A stretch of DNA of 64,000 nt from an uncultured Chloroflexia bacterium (GTDB taxonomy: Bacteria; Chloroflexota; Limnocylindria; Limnocylindrales; CSP1-4), in the NCBI GenBank assembly GCA_963734535.1, contig CAVTHS010000007.1:160001-224000 (forward strand), written 5' to 3'. Position 1 is the stretch's first letter. Each line of letters starts with the position of its first letter. This document shows, piece after piece, positions 49,174 to 58,978 of the stretch. The position numbers and the translations under genes are program-made. The notes below the pieces were generated by a model. It searched no databases, was not told the origin of the DNA, and saw only the letters and a program-made list of their open reading frames with translations.

Positions 49174-49664
49174 CCGCCAGCCTGGAAACCATGGCCCACG
49201 TGCACAGCGAGCACCTGCTGCACGAGATCGACCGCCTGCCCGAGACCGGCGACATGGTGGCGACCGCGTCGCCGGCGGACCTCCGTGCGCGCCTCGACGA
49301 GACGCACGCCTTCCTGGCGGAGGTCCTGATCCCGCACATGGAGGCCGCCGAGCGCGCCCTTTACCCGGAGCTCGAGCGGATGTTCCAGAACGTCCACTCG
49401 ATGGCGCCCCTGCGCCGCGAGCACGGCGTGATCCGCCAGTCGACCGCCGAGCTGGCGAAGGTGCGCGAGCATCTCGGCGAGAGCCGGATCTCGATCGGCC
49501 AGTCGATCGCCCTGCGGCGGGTGATCTTCCGCCTCTACGCGCTCCTCAAGGTGCATCTCGCCGAGGAGCAGGTCTACCTCGACATCCTCGACCGGCGCGA
49601 GGCGCCGGAGATGGCCGAGGCGCTCGCGGCGGCCATGGCGCACCCGGGAAGCCCGCAGGCCTGA
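49170..49664 (+). CDS. Hemerythrin-like (HHE) domain protein, paralogue of 33422..33925
   Basis: 'PHMEAAE..LYP','REHGVI','HLAEEQ'. Confidence 0.82.
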   Translation: MTASLETMAHVHSEHLLHEIDRLPETGDMVATASPADLRARLDETHAFLAEVLIPHMEAAERALYPELERMFQNVHSMAPLRREHGVIRQSTAELAKVREHLGESRISIGQSIALRRVIFRLYALLKVHLAEEQVYLDILDRREAPEMAEALAAAMAHPGSPQA

Positions 49665-49755
49665 AACCGGGCGCCACGGGAGGCGCCGCTCATCGGGGGG
49701 ACGCGGGCCGGCCTCGCTTCGACGATACCGGCGTCCCGCCCGGAGAGGGCGTGTG

Positions 49756-50187
49756 CTACGCGACGGCTGCCCGTTCGCGGGAGGGCATGAGGCCGAGCTG
49801 GAGCATCATCCCCAGCTGGTCCGCGATGCCCCAGTGCTCGACGACGCGGCCGTCCTCGAAACGGACGATGTCGATGACGTCGATCTCCACGGGCCTGCCG
49901 CTTGGCGGGTTGCCCATCACGGACCCGGTGTTGACGCCCCGCGCGCGGTTGCGCGCCCACACGAAGTCGCCGGCGACGGCGAGATCCTCGATCGTGAGGC
50001 TGAAATCCGACATCCAGCGATGGAGCGTGCGGATGACCTCCTTTGTGCCGTCCACGCCCGAGCGGTTGCCACGCTGGTGCTCCACGCATTCCGGGGAGAC
50101 AAGCTCGTCGACCACGTCCAGGTTCCCGCCCGTGAATCCCTCCTCGATCAGCCTGCGGAATCGCTCCACGTTGCTGCTGCCGGACAT
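49756..50187 (-). CDS. SnoaL-like ester cyclase family
   Basis: 'IEDLAVAGDFVWAR','PSGRPVEI','FEDGRVVEHW'. Confidence 0.88.
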   Translation of the reverse strand: MSGSSNVERFRRLIEEGFTGGNLDVVDELVSPECVEHQRGNRSGVDGTKEVIRTLHRWMSDFSLTIEDLAVAGDFVWARNRARGVNTGSVMGNPPSGRPVEIDVIDIVRFEDGRVVEHWGIADQLGMMLQLGLMPSRERAAVA

Positions 50188-50226
50188 CTCGTCCCCCCAT
50201 CTTCTCGCCTGCGTCCTGATCGTTAG

Positions 50227-50264
50227 ATAGAGTCACACTCTATTGAGATGGAGTGATACTCTAT
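50227..50264. promoter_or_regulatory. Two tandem TetR-type operators between the divergent genes
   Basis: ATAGAGT-cac-ACTCTAT (50227-50243) and ATGGAGT-gat-ACTCTAT (50248-50264). Confidence 0.75.
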
Positions 50265-50268
50265 CGAC

Positions 50269-50895
50269 ATGGATCCTGTCAAGCCCGAGCGGCCGCAGCC
50301 CCGGCTGACTCTGCGTGCCGAGCGCGCCGAGGTAACCCGCAGCCGGATCGCGACGGCGGCGCGCCATCTCTTCGCGCGCGACGGGTACGGCGCCACGACG
50401 CTCCGGGATGTTGCCGCCGAGGCCGGCGTCGCCGTCCAGACGGTGTATGCGGTCTACGGGTCGAAGGCCGGGATCCTGAGGGCGCTCCGGGAGGGCGCGG
50501 TACGCCAGCCCGAGGCCGAGGCCGCACTGCGCGAGGCGATGCGCCAGGAATCCGCCGCGGCGAGGCTGGATCTCTTCGCTCGCTCCATCCGCCATCGCTG
50601 GGAGCTCGCGGGCGACATCGTCGCGATCAACCACGACGCATCGATGTCGGATCCGTCGATCCGGCCCGAGGTCGAGGCGGTGATGGCCATCCGTCGGAAT
50701 GGGATCGCCGCCCTGGCGCGCTCGCTCGAGGCGCACTACCGACCGCCGATGGACGTGGCCCGCGCTGGCGCGATCCTCGACACCCTGACGCTCCCGGAGG
50801 TCTACGCGGAGCTCGTCGGCGCCCAGGGCTGGACACCGGACCAGTTCGAGGCCTGGCTCGCCGCGACGCTGCGCCACCAGCTCCTGGGAGGCTGA
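50269..50895 (+). CDS. TetR/AcrR family regulator
   Basis: 'LFARDGYGATTLRDVAAEAGVAVQTVYAVYGSK'. Confidence 0.92.
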   Translation: MDPVKPERPQPRLTLRAERAEVTRSRIATAARHLFARDGYGATTLRDVAAEAGVAVQTVYAVYGSKAGILRALREGAVRQPEAEAALREAMRQESAAARLDLFARSIRHRWELAGDIVAINHDASMSDPSIRPEVEAVMAIRRNGIAALARSLEAHYRPPMDVARAGAILDTLTLPEVYAELVGAQGWTPDQFEAWLAATLRHQLLGG

Positions 50896-50971
50896 GCCTT
50901 CCGGTCCGGGTCGCGACGACATCCTCTCCCGGAGCGCCCGGGCCGGATCGCGACGCTATCCTTGCCGTACC

Positions 50972-51490
50972 ATGCCCGCCGATCCAGCTCGACGACACCG
51001 GACAGCATCCCCGACCGCTCCCAGCACGGACGCCGACATCGCGCCGGACGAGGTGGAGGCTGCCGACCACGAGTCCGGGCCGATCGCCTCGGGACTCGAC
51101 GAGTCGGGCCAGCCGGTCCACCGCGGTTGGGCGCCGATGGGCGGACACCGACGCTGGATGGAACCGTTCGTGCTCGCCATGGTCGGGGCCACCGGCGGGC
51201 ACGGCTACGCGCTCCAGGCCCAGCTCGACGAGATCGGCCTCGCGAACGGCAAGGTGGATGTCGGCCAGGTCTACCGGACGCTGCGCGACCTGGAGCGGGC
51301 GGGGCAGGTCGTCTCGACGTGGTCCTCGGACCGGGCTGGGCCACAGCGCCGTGACTACGTCCTGACGGACGCGGGCTTCGCTGCGCTCCACGAGTGGGCG
51401 GCCGTGATGCGGGAGCGGACGCGGCTGATCGCCGAGTTCGACGATCTCCACGGCATCGTGCACCTCCCGTGGAGAGAGCATCCAGGGTAG
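50972..51490 (+). CDS. PadR family regulator, paralogue of 32754..33152 (start uncertain)
   Basis: 'WMEPFVL','HGYAL','VDVGQVYRTLRDLE','RRDYVLT'. Confidence 0.8.
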   Translation: MPADPARRHRTASPTAPSTDADIAPDEVEAADHESGPIASGLDESGQPVHRGWAPMGGHRRWMEPFVLAMVGATGGHGYALQAQLDEIGLANGKVDVGQVYRTLRDLERAGQVVSTWSSDRAGPQRRDYVLTDAGFAALHEWAAVMRERTRLIAEFDDLHGIVHLPWREHPG

Positions 51491-51507
51491 GGAGGCGGGT
51501 TTCCCGG

Positions 51508-54150
51508 CTACGCGGGTGCATGCGCGGTCAGCCAGCTCTCGCTGAACCGCTTGACCGTCTCGACGAGCGCGAGGTACGCCACCACGATCCCGACGAGCAG
51601 GATCCAGTAGAGCGGCGGCAGCCCGGCGAACGCGAGGAGCGTGCCGAGCGGGCTGGCGGGAATCAGGACAGCAGCGGCGAGGGCAAGGACGATCGCGACG
51701 ACCAGCTCGCGGCTGGGCCGGCTGCGCCAGAACGGGCTTCGCCGCGTCCGGATCACGAGAACCACGAGGATCTGGGTGAAGAGCGACTCGATGAACCAGC
51801 CCGTGTGGAACGCCCGCTCGTCGGATCCGAGGACCAGCAGCAGGAGGCCGAACGTCAGGAAGTCGAAGAGCGACGAGATCGGGCCGAACACGAGCATGAA
51901 GCGCTCCACGCCGCGGATATCCCAGCGCGCCGGCTTCGCCTCCACCTCCGGGTCGACGGCGTCGGTGGGGAGCGCCGTCTGCGAGGCGTCGTAGATCAGG
52001 TTGTTGAGCAGGATCTGGCCGGGCGTCATGGGCAGGAACGGGAGCACGAGTGCCGCGCCGGCCATGCTCAGCATGTTGCCGAAGTTGGAGCTGGTCCCCA
52101 TCCGGATGTACTTGAGCGTGTTCGCGAACGTCCGGCGCCCTTCCGTGACACCCTGGCCGATCGCGGCGAGGCTCGGCTCCAGCAGGATGATGTCCGCGGC
52201 GGAGCGGGCCACGTCGGTGGCGTTGTCGACGCTGATCCCGACGTCGGCGACGTGGAGCGCGGGCGCGTCGTTGATCCCGTCGCCGAGGTAGCCGACCACG
52301 GCACCGGACTCGCGCAGCGCCCGGATCACCTGGAGCTTCTGGTCGGGATCGACCCGGGCGAAGATCGTCGTGCCCGGCACGCGGGCGACCAGCGCGGGGT
52401 GCGTCAGCGTCCGCATCTCGTCGCCCGTCAGGACGCCGGCAACGTCCAGCCCGACTTCGCGGGCGGTATGGCGGGCAACCAGCTCGTTGTCGCCGGTGAC
52501 GACCTTCAGGGCGACGCCCTGGCGGGCGAGGTCGGCGATGGTCGACGCGACACCCTCCTTGGGCGGATCGCTGAACAGGATCACGCCCTCGAACACGAGG
52601 TCGCGTTCCAGCGTGTCGGCGGCCGCCAGCCCGACCGTGCTCCCCGGCGCCGCGAGTGACGCGAGCTCGTCGGGCGAGGCGATGCGCGACGCGACGGCGA
52701 CCAGGCGGAAGCCGTCCGCCGACGCCTCATCGACCAGCGCCGCCAGGCGGGCATGCTCCGTCGCATCGATGGGCCGTGCCGCGTGATCCTCGCGGACGCC
52801 GGTGCAGCGCGTGACGACCGACTCGGGCGCCCCTTTCGTGACGACGAGCGGCGCGTCGTCCGCCCGCTGGACGACCACGCTGAGCAACCGACGATTGAAG
52901 TCGTAGGGAAGCTCGGCGAGCTTCCGATAGCTCGCAAGATCGGATGGTGCGGCCGCCTGGGCGAGGACCGCGGTGTCGAGCGGGTTGGCGAAGCCGGCCT
53001 GGAAGTGGCTGTTGAGGTAGGCGAGCGCCAGGGCCGCAGCGGCCTCTGTCGCGTCGTCGCGGTCGATCCCGGCCGATCGAACGAGTCGCAGCTTGCCTTC
53101 GGTGAGCGTACCGGTCTTGTCCGTGCAGAGGACGGTCACGCCGCCCAGGTTCTGGATAGCCGGCAGGCGCTTCACGAGCACGCCGTGGGCGGCGAGCGCG
53201 CGGGCGCCGCGCGTGAGGTTGAGCGTCACGATGGCTGGCAGCAGCTCGGGCGTCAGCCCGACCGCGAGCGCGACGGCGAAGAGGAGCGAGTCGAAGAGCG
53301 GGCGCTGGAGCGCCACGTTGATCGCGAAGACGCCCACCACGAGCAGCAGCGTGACTCTCGCCACCAGCAGGCCGAACGCCCGGATGCCCACCTGGAAGTC
53401 GGTCTGGGGCGCCCGCTCGGCAAGGCGTCGCGCGATCGCCCCGTAGCTCGTGCGCGTCCCGGTCGCCGTGATCATCGCGCGGCCGGTGCCGCTGACCACG
53501 CTCGTGCCGAGGAAGACGAACGCGTCCCGGTCGGCGTCGTTCGCGGGACCGGCGTCTCCGACGCGGGCTGCGCCCGGCGCGCCCGCTGGTGCGCCGTCCG
53601 GGGCCTGCTCGCGCGGGAACTTGAGGGCGGCCGCCGACTCCCCGGTGAGCGACGACTCGTCGACGTACAGGTGGTTCGCCGCCAGGATCCGGCCGTCGGC
53701 CGGCACGATGTTGCCGGCGGCCAGCTCGACCACGTCGCCGCGCACGACGTCGTGGACCGGAACCTCCTGTGCACGGCCATCGCGGATCACCGTGGCTCGC
53801 AGCGTCAGGCGCGCCTGGAGGGCGGCGACCGATGCCTCGGCACGGGCCTCCTGGACGAAGCCGAGCCCGGCGCTGAGGCCGACGATCGCAAGGATGATCC
53901 CGGCCTCGACCGGATCGCCCACGGCGATGCTGACGAGGCTGGCGGCGACGAGGATGAGCACGAGCGGGCTCGCGAACTGGCCGGCGAGGATCCGGGCGCG
54001 CGACCGCCGCCCTTCGCCGCCCAGCGCGTTCGGCCCATCGGTCCGCAGCCGCGCGGCGGCCTCGCCCGCGGTCAGGCCCGTCGACGGGCCAACCGGCGGC
54101 GTCCGCTGCGCGGTCACGCGAGCCGCCCCCAGGCTGCCCACCTGCGTCAT
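51508..54150 (-). CDS. mgtA: Magnesium-translocating P-type ATPase
   Basis: 'LTGES','AVGLTPELLP','DKTGTLT','GDGINDAPAL','SSNFGN','NNLIYD','TGWFIES'. Confidence 0.92.
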   Translation of the reverse strand: MTQVGSLGAARVTAQRTPPVGPSTGLTAGEAAARLRTDGPNALGGEGRRSRARILAGQFASPLVLILVAASLVSIAVGDPVEAGIILAIVGLSAGLGFVQEARAEASVAALQARLTLRATVIRDGRAQEVPVHDVVRGDVVELAAGNIVPADGRILAANHLYVDESSLTGESAAALKFPREQAPDGAPAGAPGAARVGDAGPANDADRDAFVFLGTSVVSGTGRAMITATGTRTSYGAIARRLAERAPQTDFQVGIRAFGLLVARVTLLLVVGVFAINVALQRPLFDSLLFAVALAVGLTPELLPAIVTLNLTRGARALAAHGVLVKRLPAIQNLGGVTVLCTDKTGTLTEGKLRLVRSAGIDRDDATEAAAALALAYLNSHFQAGFANPLDTAVLAQAAAPSDLASYRKLAELPYDFNRRLLSVVVQRADDAPLVVTKGAPESVVTRCTGVREDHAARPIDATEHARLAALVDEASADGFRLVAVASRIASPDELASLAAPGSTVGLAAADTLERDLVFEGVILFSDPPKEGVASTIADLARQGVALKVVTGDNELVARHTAREVGLDVAGVLTGDEMRTLTHPALVARVPGTTIFARVDPDQKLQVIRALRESGAVVGYLGDGINDAPALHVADVGISVDNATDVARSAADIILLEPSLAAIGQGVTEGRRTFANTLKYIRMGTSSNFGNMLSMAGAALVLPFLPMTPGQILLNNLIYDASQTALPTDAVDPEVEAKPARWDIRGVERFMLVFGPISSLFDFLTFGLLLLVLGSDERAFHTGWFIESLFTQILVVLVIRTRRSPFWRSRPSRELVVAIVLALAAAVLIPASPLGTLLAFAGLPPLYWILLVGIVVAYLALVETVKRFSESWLTAHAPA

Positions 54151-54344
54151 CTACGACCCTCGATCACGACCCCGAGGCATTGTGACCCGGAGCGGGACCT
54201 CGCCTCGCGCGCGGTCCCTCGCGCGCGGTCTCTCGGGCCTGTGCCCGATCCGTCTCATCCCCGCCCCCCGGGGAAATGAGGGAGGCGGGCTCACCCAGCC
54301 AGCCTCCCTCGAAGCTTGCCACCCGCCGAGCGCGGCGGCCATCG

Positions 54345-54659
54345 TCACATCGCTTCGAACGTCTCGCAGACCTCGATCGTCGCGCCGCTCGAGAGCACGG
54401 GGCAGGCCTTTGCCATGGCGATCGCCGCGTCCAGGCTGTCCGCGCTGATGATGCTGTAGCCGCTCAGCGAGCTGTGCCCGTCGCCGGCCACGGAGCCGTC
54501 GGCGTTGATCGTATTCGCCTTGCCGATCGGGTTTCCGGGGTCCGCGACCGCTGCGCCGAGCTGGCCGAACCAGGCGCCCCAGGCGGCCATCACCCTGGCT
54601 CCCTCCTCAGGGCTCTCGGGCATCCCGCCGCCACGGTACGCAAGCAGGTACTTCGCCAT
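54345..54659 (-). CDS. YciI family protein
   Basis: 'AWGAWF','SGYSIISADSLDAA','IEV'. Confidence 0.8.
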   Translation of the reverse strand: MAKYLLAYRGGGMPESPEEGARVMAAWGAWFGQLGAAVADPGNPIGKANTINADGSVAGDGHSSLSGYSIISADSLDAAIAMAKACPVLSSGATIEVCETFEAM

Positions 54660-54728
54660 CGCCAGGCTCCTCTCAGGGGGACAACATCGGAGCAGCGGCT
54701 GCTGCCCTCGTGATGGCGACGAAGCGGG

Positions 54729-57173
54729 TCAGGCGGAATCGACACCGTCCGAGACCGAGACGCTGAAGTCACGGCCCTCCCAGTGCCCGGCCTCCGGCCA
54801 CCAGACCGTGAACACGACAGCGTCGCCGCGCCGAAGCCGGTCCGATCCCGGCACGTCGGCCACCCAGATCCCGACACCGGTGTCGCGCGCGTCGATGTCG
54901 ACCCAGGTCCGCCAGCCGTCGAGGGAGCAGTGCACGCGGGCGGGCTCGAGCAGCTCCACGCGAAGGAGTCGCCCCGCAACCATCGTCGGGCGTGGCGCTT
55001 CGAATCGCCAGGTCGCGCGCGTGGCCCTTGGTGCGACGCCGTGGTAGCGGTGCCAGGCCGCCGCGGGACGGTCGATCGCGTGCCCGAGGGCGATGGACCG
55101 GACGAGCTTGACGTACTCCGCATGGGCCCACGCGAGCGGCATGGCGGAGCCGCTCGGGCGACCCGGGGCCAGGCCGCGGGCGGGGATGGCCTCGGCGTCC
55201 CAGACCTGCTCGGGCAGCATCCCGCCCGAGGACCCCATCCGCCGCATCGCCTCCAGGTACGGGCGCGCGTCGCGCCCGGCCTCCAGCTCGTAGTGACCAC
55301 GCTCGCCGACGAGGAGCGGCCAGCCCCGGCCGATCCCTGTGCCATCGAAGGCGCTGCCATCCTCGTGCTCGCCGTAGCCGTCGCCGCTGTAGCGATGCCA
55401 GACGGGCCCGCTCGGCGTCTCGGTTCGCAGCTCCGCGTCGGCCACCGCGACGGTCGCGAGGATGCGCGGGTCGCCGGCCATCCGCAGGCCGAAACGCACG
55501 AGCGCCAGGAAGTCCGTGCCGACCATCTCGTCCGCCGGGACCAGGGATGCGTCCGGCGGCCGGTTCCGGACCGGGACGGGAGTCGAGATGGGGGCACCGG
55601 CGAGCACGTCGGGCGACGCGATCCGCACGTAGTGGCCGTCGACGCCATGCTCCCGGGCGAGCCGCGTCCCGCGAGCGTAGGTCCACTCCTCGATCGAGGC
55701 GTTCCAGTCGTCCGCGAGCTCGCGCAGGTAGGTCGCGGCGGGCTCCGGGTGGTGATCCGCTGCCACGACCAGCGCGGCCACGACCGGGGCCAGGGTCGAG
55801 GGCGTCAGGCCCGCGTCCTCTTCCCAGCGATCCTGCTGCGTCGCGGGCCCGGTCCGGGCGATGAAGCGCGCGGCCGACGCGATCATGCGCTCGAGCGCGT
55901 CTTCCGTGAGCAGGTGCGCGAACCCTGCCGCGGCGGGCCCCGACATGCCGTGCAGCTCGACGCCCCCGCCCCTCCGGAGGGCGCCGGCCAGGAGGATCGG
56001 GTAGGCGGCCTCGTCGAGCTGGACGCCCGACCAGTACGCGACCCCGTCCACCCACTGGTTCTGCACCCACGATCCATCGGGCTCCTGGGTTGCCACGAGG
56101 TATGCCAGCGTGCGACGCGCCGTGCGCTGCGCGCCAAGGGCGACGAGCGCGCCAGCGGACTCGACGAGATCCCGCGACCAGACCAGGTGGTAGCCCCCGA
56201 GGTCGTTGCGCGTGTTGCCCCACGGGATCGAGAGGCTGGCCACGATGGCCCCGGGGACCGTCCGGTCGGCGTGCGTTCGCAGCACGGCCGCCGACGCCAG
56301 GTAGAGCGCGCGATCCTCCGCCGGAAGATCCTCCGATGGGCTGCTGACCGTCCGCAGGAACCCGTGCCAGTTCCCGACGTACTCGTCCCAGGCGTTCTCG
56401 AAGTGGCCGGCAAGCGCGGCGCACGCCTCGAGGCCCGCCTCCTCCGGCCGCGTGCCGAAGCCGAGGGCGAGCCGCGCGATGCCGTCCACGAGGATCAGCT
56501 CCGTCATGCCCGCGACGTTGCCGGCGTCGGTGGTCCCGTACGTCCACGTCATCCGTCCGTTCGCCGCGAAGTCCTGCCAGCCGTCCGACGTGCCCACGTA
56601 CCCCACGCTCTGCCGGGCCGGGCCAGGATCCGAGGCGAGCGCCAGGGCCGACGGACCCGCCTGGGCGAACAGCATCGCGCGGCCCTTGTAGGTGCCGGTC
56701 CACGCGCGGTTGTGGAGCCCGCTGAATCCGAGGTGCGGGGCAAGCAGCGGGTAGAGGCGCAGCGGGTGGGCCAGGCGCTCCGGGTCCGCGGGATCCCGCG
56801 GGTCGTCGAGGCGCGCCTCGATATGGACCACGTCGGCGTGGTCATCCGCGCAGATCCGCAGCGTCAGCATGTAGCGCGGATGACGGTGCGTCGCGATGAT
56901 CGCGGGGATGCCGGGCTCGAGGGCGCGCACGTCCCGGCTGGCATCGCGTTTCACCTCGCTCCAGAACCCGTTGTCGTCCGCGACGATGAAGCCGAGGTCG
57001 CGGACCTGGGGCCGGTCCACGCGGGGCCAGTAGATCTCGTTCAGGATCCCGTGGCCGATCGTGAACCAGATCCGGCTGGAGAAGTGCGAGGTCCCGACCG
57101 CGTCCTTCTCGCTGCTCGACCACGTTGGCGGAGCACCGGGCGCGCCCGGCGCATGGCTCGGGTCGAGCGTCAT
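54729..57173 (-). CDS. GH15 glucoamylase / glucan 1,4-alpha-glucosidase with glucodextranase-type N-domain
   Basis: 'APGAPG..PTW','ASLSIPWG','GYHLVWSRD','QLDE','DRWEE','PEQVW','PLAWAHAEY'. Confidence 0.9.
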   Translation of the reverse strand: MTLDPSHAPGAPGAPPTWSSSEKDAVGTSHFSSRIWFTIGHGILNEIYWPRVDRPQVRDLGFIVADDNGFWSEVKRDASRDVRALEPGIPAIIATHRHPRYMLTLRICADDHADVVHIEARLDDPRDPADPERLAHPLRLYPLLAPHLGFSGLHNRAWTGTYKGRAMLFAQAGPSALALASDPGPARQSVGYVGTSDGWQDFAANGRMTWTYGTTDAGNVAGMTELILVDGIARLALGFGTRPEEAGLEACAALAGHFENAWDEYVGNWHGFLRTVSSPSEDLPAEDRALYLASAAVLRTHADRTVPGAIVASLSIPWGNTRNDLGGYHLVWSRDLVESAGALVALGAQRTARRTLAYLVATQEPDGSWVQNQWVDGVAYWSGVQLDEAAYPILLAGALRRGGGVELHGMSGPAAAGFAHLLTEDALERMIASAARFIARTGPATQQDRWEEDAGLTPSTLAPVVAALVVAADHHPEPAATYLRELADDWNASIEEWTYARGTRLAREHGVDGHYVRIASPDVLAGAPISTPVPVRNRPPDASLVPADEMVGTDFLALVRFGLRMAGDPRILATVAVADAELRTETPSGPVWHRYSGDGYGEHEDGSAFDGTGIGRGWPLLVGERGHYELEAGRDARPYLEAMRRMGSSGGMLPEQVWDAEAIPARGLAPGRPSGSAMPLAWAHAEYVKLVRSIALGHAIDRPAAAWHRYHGVAPRATRATWRFEAPRPTMVAGRLLRVELLEPARVHCSLDGWRTWVDIDARDTGVGIWVADVPGSDRLRRGDAVVFTVWWPEAGHWEGRDFSVSVSDGVDSA

Positions 57174-58693
57174 GGCACCGGCTGCTCGGCGGCTGACGGC
57201 TGCGCTGCCGTCGTCGGCCGTGCCGCCACGATCGGGACGGCAGCTGGGACGGCGGTGACAACCGGGTCGTGCCAGCGATCGCCCCGCGCGAGGATGCCGG
57301 ACGCGGCGTCCGGGCCCCAGGTGCCGGGCTCGTACTCGTGCAGTGGTGTCCGGTCGTCCAGGATCCCGTCGACCACCCGCCAGGCGGCTTCCACCGCATC
57401 CTCGCGCGCGAAGAGCGACTGGTCACCCTGCGTGGCGTCGCCGATGAGGCGCTGGTATGGCGGGCGCTCGGTCCCGCTCTCGTGGGAGGCGTAGAGCTCC
57501 ACGGCCTCGCCGACCATCGCCTCGCCGGGCTTCTTGGCGCGGCCGCCCAGCGAGATGGACATGTCGGGCGCCAGCCGGAACCGGAAGTAGTCCGCGTCGG
57601 GCGGCTGGGCCTCGCCGAAGACCGACAGTGGCGGGCGCTTCATCTCGACGAGGACCTCGGTGGCGGTCACGGGCAGGCACTTTCCGGTCCGGATGTAGAA
57701 CGGCACGCCGCCCCAGCGCCAGGTATCGACGCGCAGGCGTAGCGCCGCGAACGTCTCGACCGTGGAGACCGGCGCCACGCCCGTGACGGAGCGGTAGCCA
57801 CGGTACTGGCCCCTGACAACGTCCTTCGGCGAGATCGCCCGGATCGAGTCGAGCACCTTGAACTGCTCGTTCCGGACGGCCTCCGGCGTGTTCCCGGAGG
57901 GCGGCTCCATCGCGAGCAGGCTCACGACCTGGAGGAGGTGGTTCTGGACCACGTCGCGGATCGCACCGGCCCGGTCGTAGAACGCGCCCCGCGTCGCGAC
58001 GTCGAACGCCTCTGGCATGTTGACCTGGACACTCGCGACGTGCGCCCGATTCCAGAGTGGCTCGAGGAACGAGTTGGCGAAGCGGAAGTAGAGCAGGTTC
58101 TGCACCGGCTCCTTGCCCAGGTAGTGGTCGATGCGGAAGATCGCCGACTCGGCCAGGACCTCGTGGACGGTGGCGTTCAGGGCGCGCGCGCTCGCCAGGT
58201 CGCGTCCGAACGGCTTCTCGAGGATGACCCGTGCCCCGTCCGCGCAGCCCGATGCGCCGAGGTTGGTGATCACCTCGGTGAAGAGCGCCGGCGGGATCGC
58301 GAGGTAGTGGAGCGGATGCCCGGCCCCTCCGAGCTCGCGGCGGAGCGCGTGGAAGGTCTCGACGTCGTCGTCGGAGCCCTTCACGTAGCGCAACCGCGCA
58401 GCGAGCGCATCGATCGCAGCGCCGTCGACGATACCGGCCGCCGCGAGGCTCTGGCGCGCCCGCTCCCGGAGGCTGTCCAGGTCGCCCGAGCGCGCGACAC
58501 CGATGATCGGCATGTCGAACCCCTCGTCGCGGATCAGCCCGAGGAGCGCGGGGAAGATCTGCTTGAAGGCGAGGTCGCCGGTCGCGCCGAAGAACACGAA
58601 CGCGTCGGATCGCTCGGCGGCCACTCGGTCGCCTGCGTTCCCACGGGATGAGCGCGTCGTCGGCCGGGCGGCCGGTGCAGCTTCGAGCGGCAT
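57170..58693 (-). CDS. zwf: Glucose-6-phosphate 1-dehydrogenase
   Basis: 'FGATGDLA','EKPFG','RIDHYLGKE','RDVVQNH','RWGGVPFYIRTGK'. Confidence 0.95.
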   Translation of the reverse strand: MPLEAAPAARPTTRSSRGNAGDRVAAERSDAFVFFGATGDLAFKQIFPALLGLIRDEGFDMPIIGVARSGDLDSLRERARQSLAAAGIVDGAAIDALAARLRYVKGSDDDVETFHALRRELGGAGHPLHYLAIPPALFTEVITNLGASGCADGARVILEKPFGRDLASARALNATVHEVLAESAIFRIDHYLGKEPVQNLLYFRFANSFLEPLWNRAHVASVQVNMPEAFDVATRGAFYDRAGAIRDVVQNHLLQVVSLLAMEPPSGNTPEAVRNEQFKVLDSIRAISPKDVVRGQYRGYRSVTGVAPVSTVETFAALRLRVDTWRWGGVPFYIRTGKCLPVTATEVLVEMKRPPLSVFGEAQPPDADYFRFRLAPDMSISLGGRAKKPGEAMVGEAVELYASHESGTERPPYQRLIGDATQGDQSLFAREDAVEAAWRVVDGILDDRTPLHEYEPGTWGPDAASGILARGDRWHDPVVTAVPAAVPIVAARPTTAAQPSAAEQPVP

Positions 58694-58978
58694 GTGACCC
58701 CCGATCAGGCGTGCGTAGCGGTGCGACGATCGAGCACGATCGCGGGGCCCGCCGCCGCTAGCCTAGCGCGATCCGCGTCGATGGGCGCCCGCGCTGGATC
58801 GCCGACTCGCGGGTTCGCCGTGACCTTGGGGAGCCAGCCGGCATGTCTCCCCGGCCGCGCAGGGATCGCGTCCCCGGGCCGCTTCTCGTAGTCCTTCTGG
58901 CGGGGTCCGGTGCTGGGCCCTTTGGGTCGCTGGGCAGCGCCCTCACGGCCAGCCACGCTTGGAGGTACTGTGAACACC

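Noticed and set aside
54783-57494. 903-aa plus-strand ORF, and similar long ORFs such as 20635..23277 and 59852..61420
   Set aside because: Shadows of well-supported genes on the opposite strand
58694-58978. Possible c-di-AMP (ydaO) riboswitch before the cell-wall hydrolase
   Set aside because: The context fits, but I could not find the conserved GCUGAAUC and CCGUCAGCUAA elements; needs an Rfam scan
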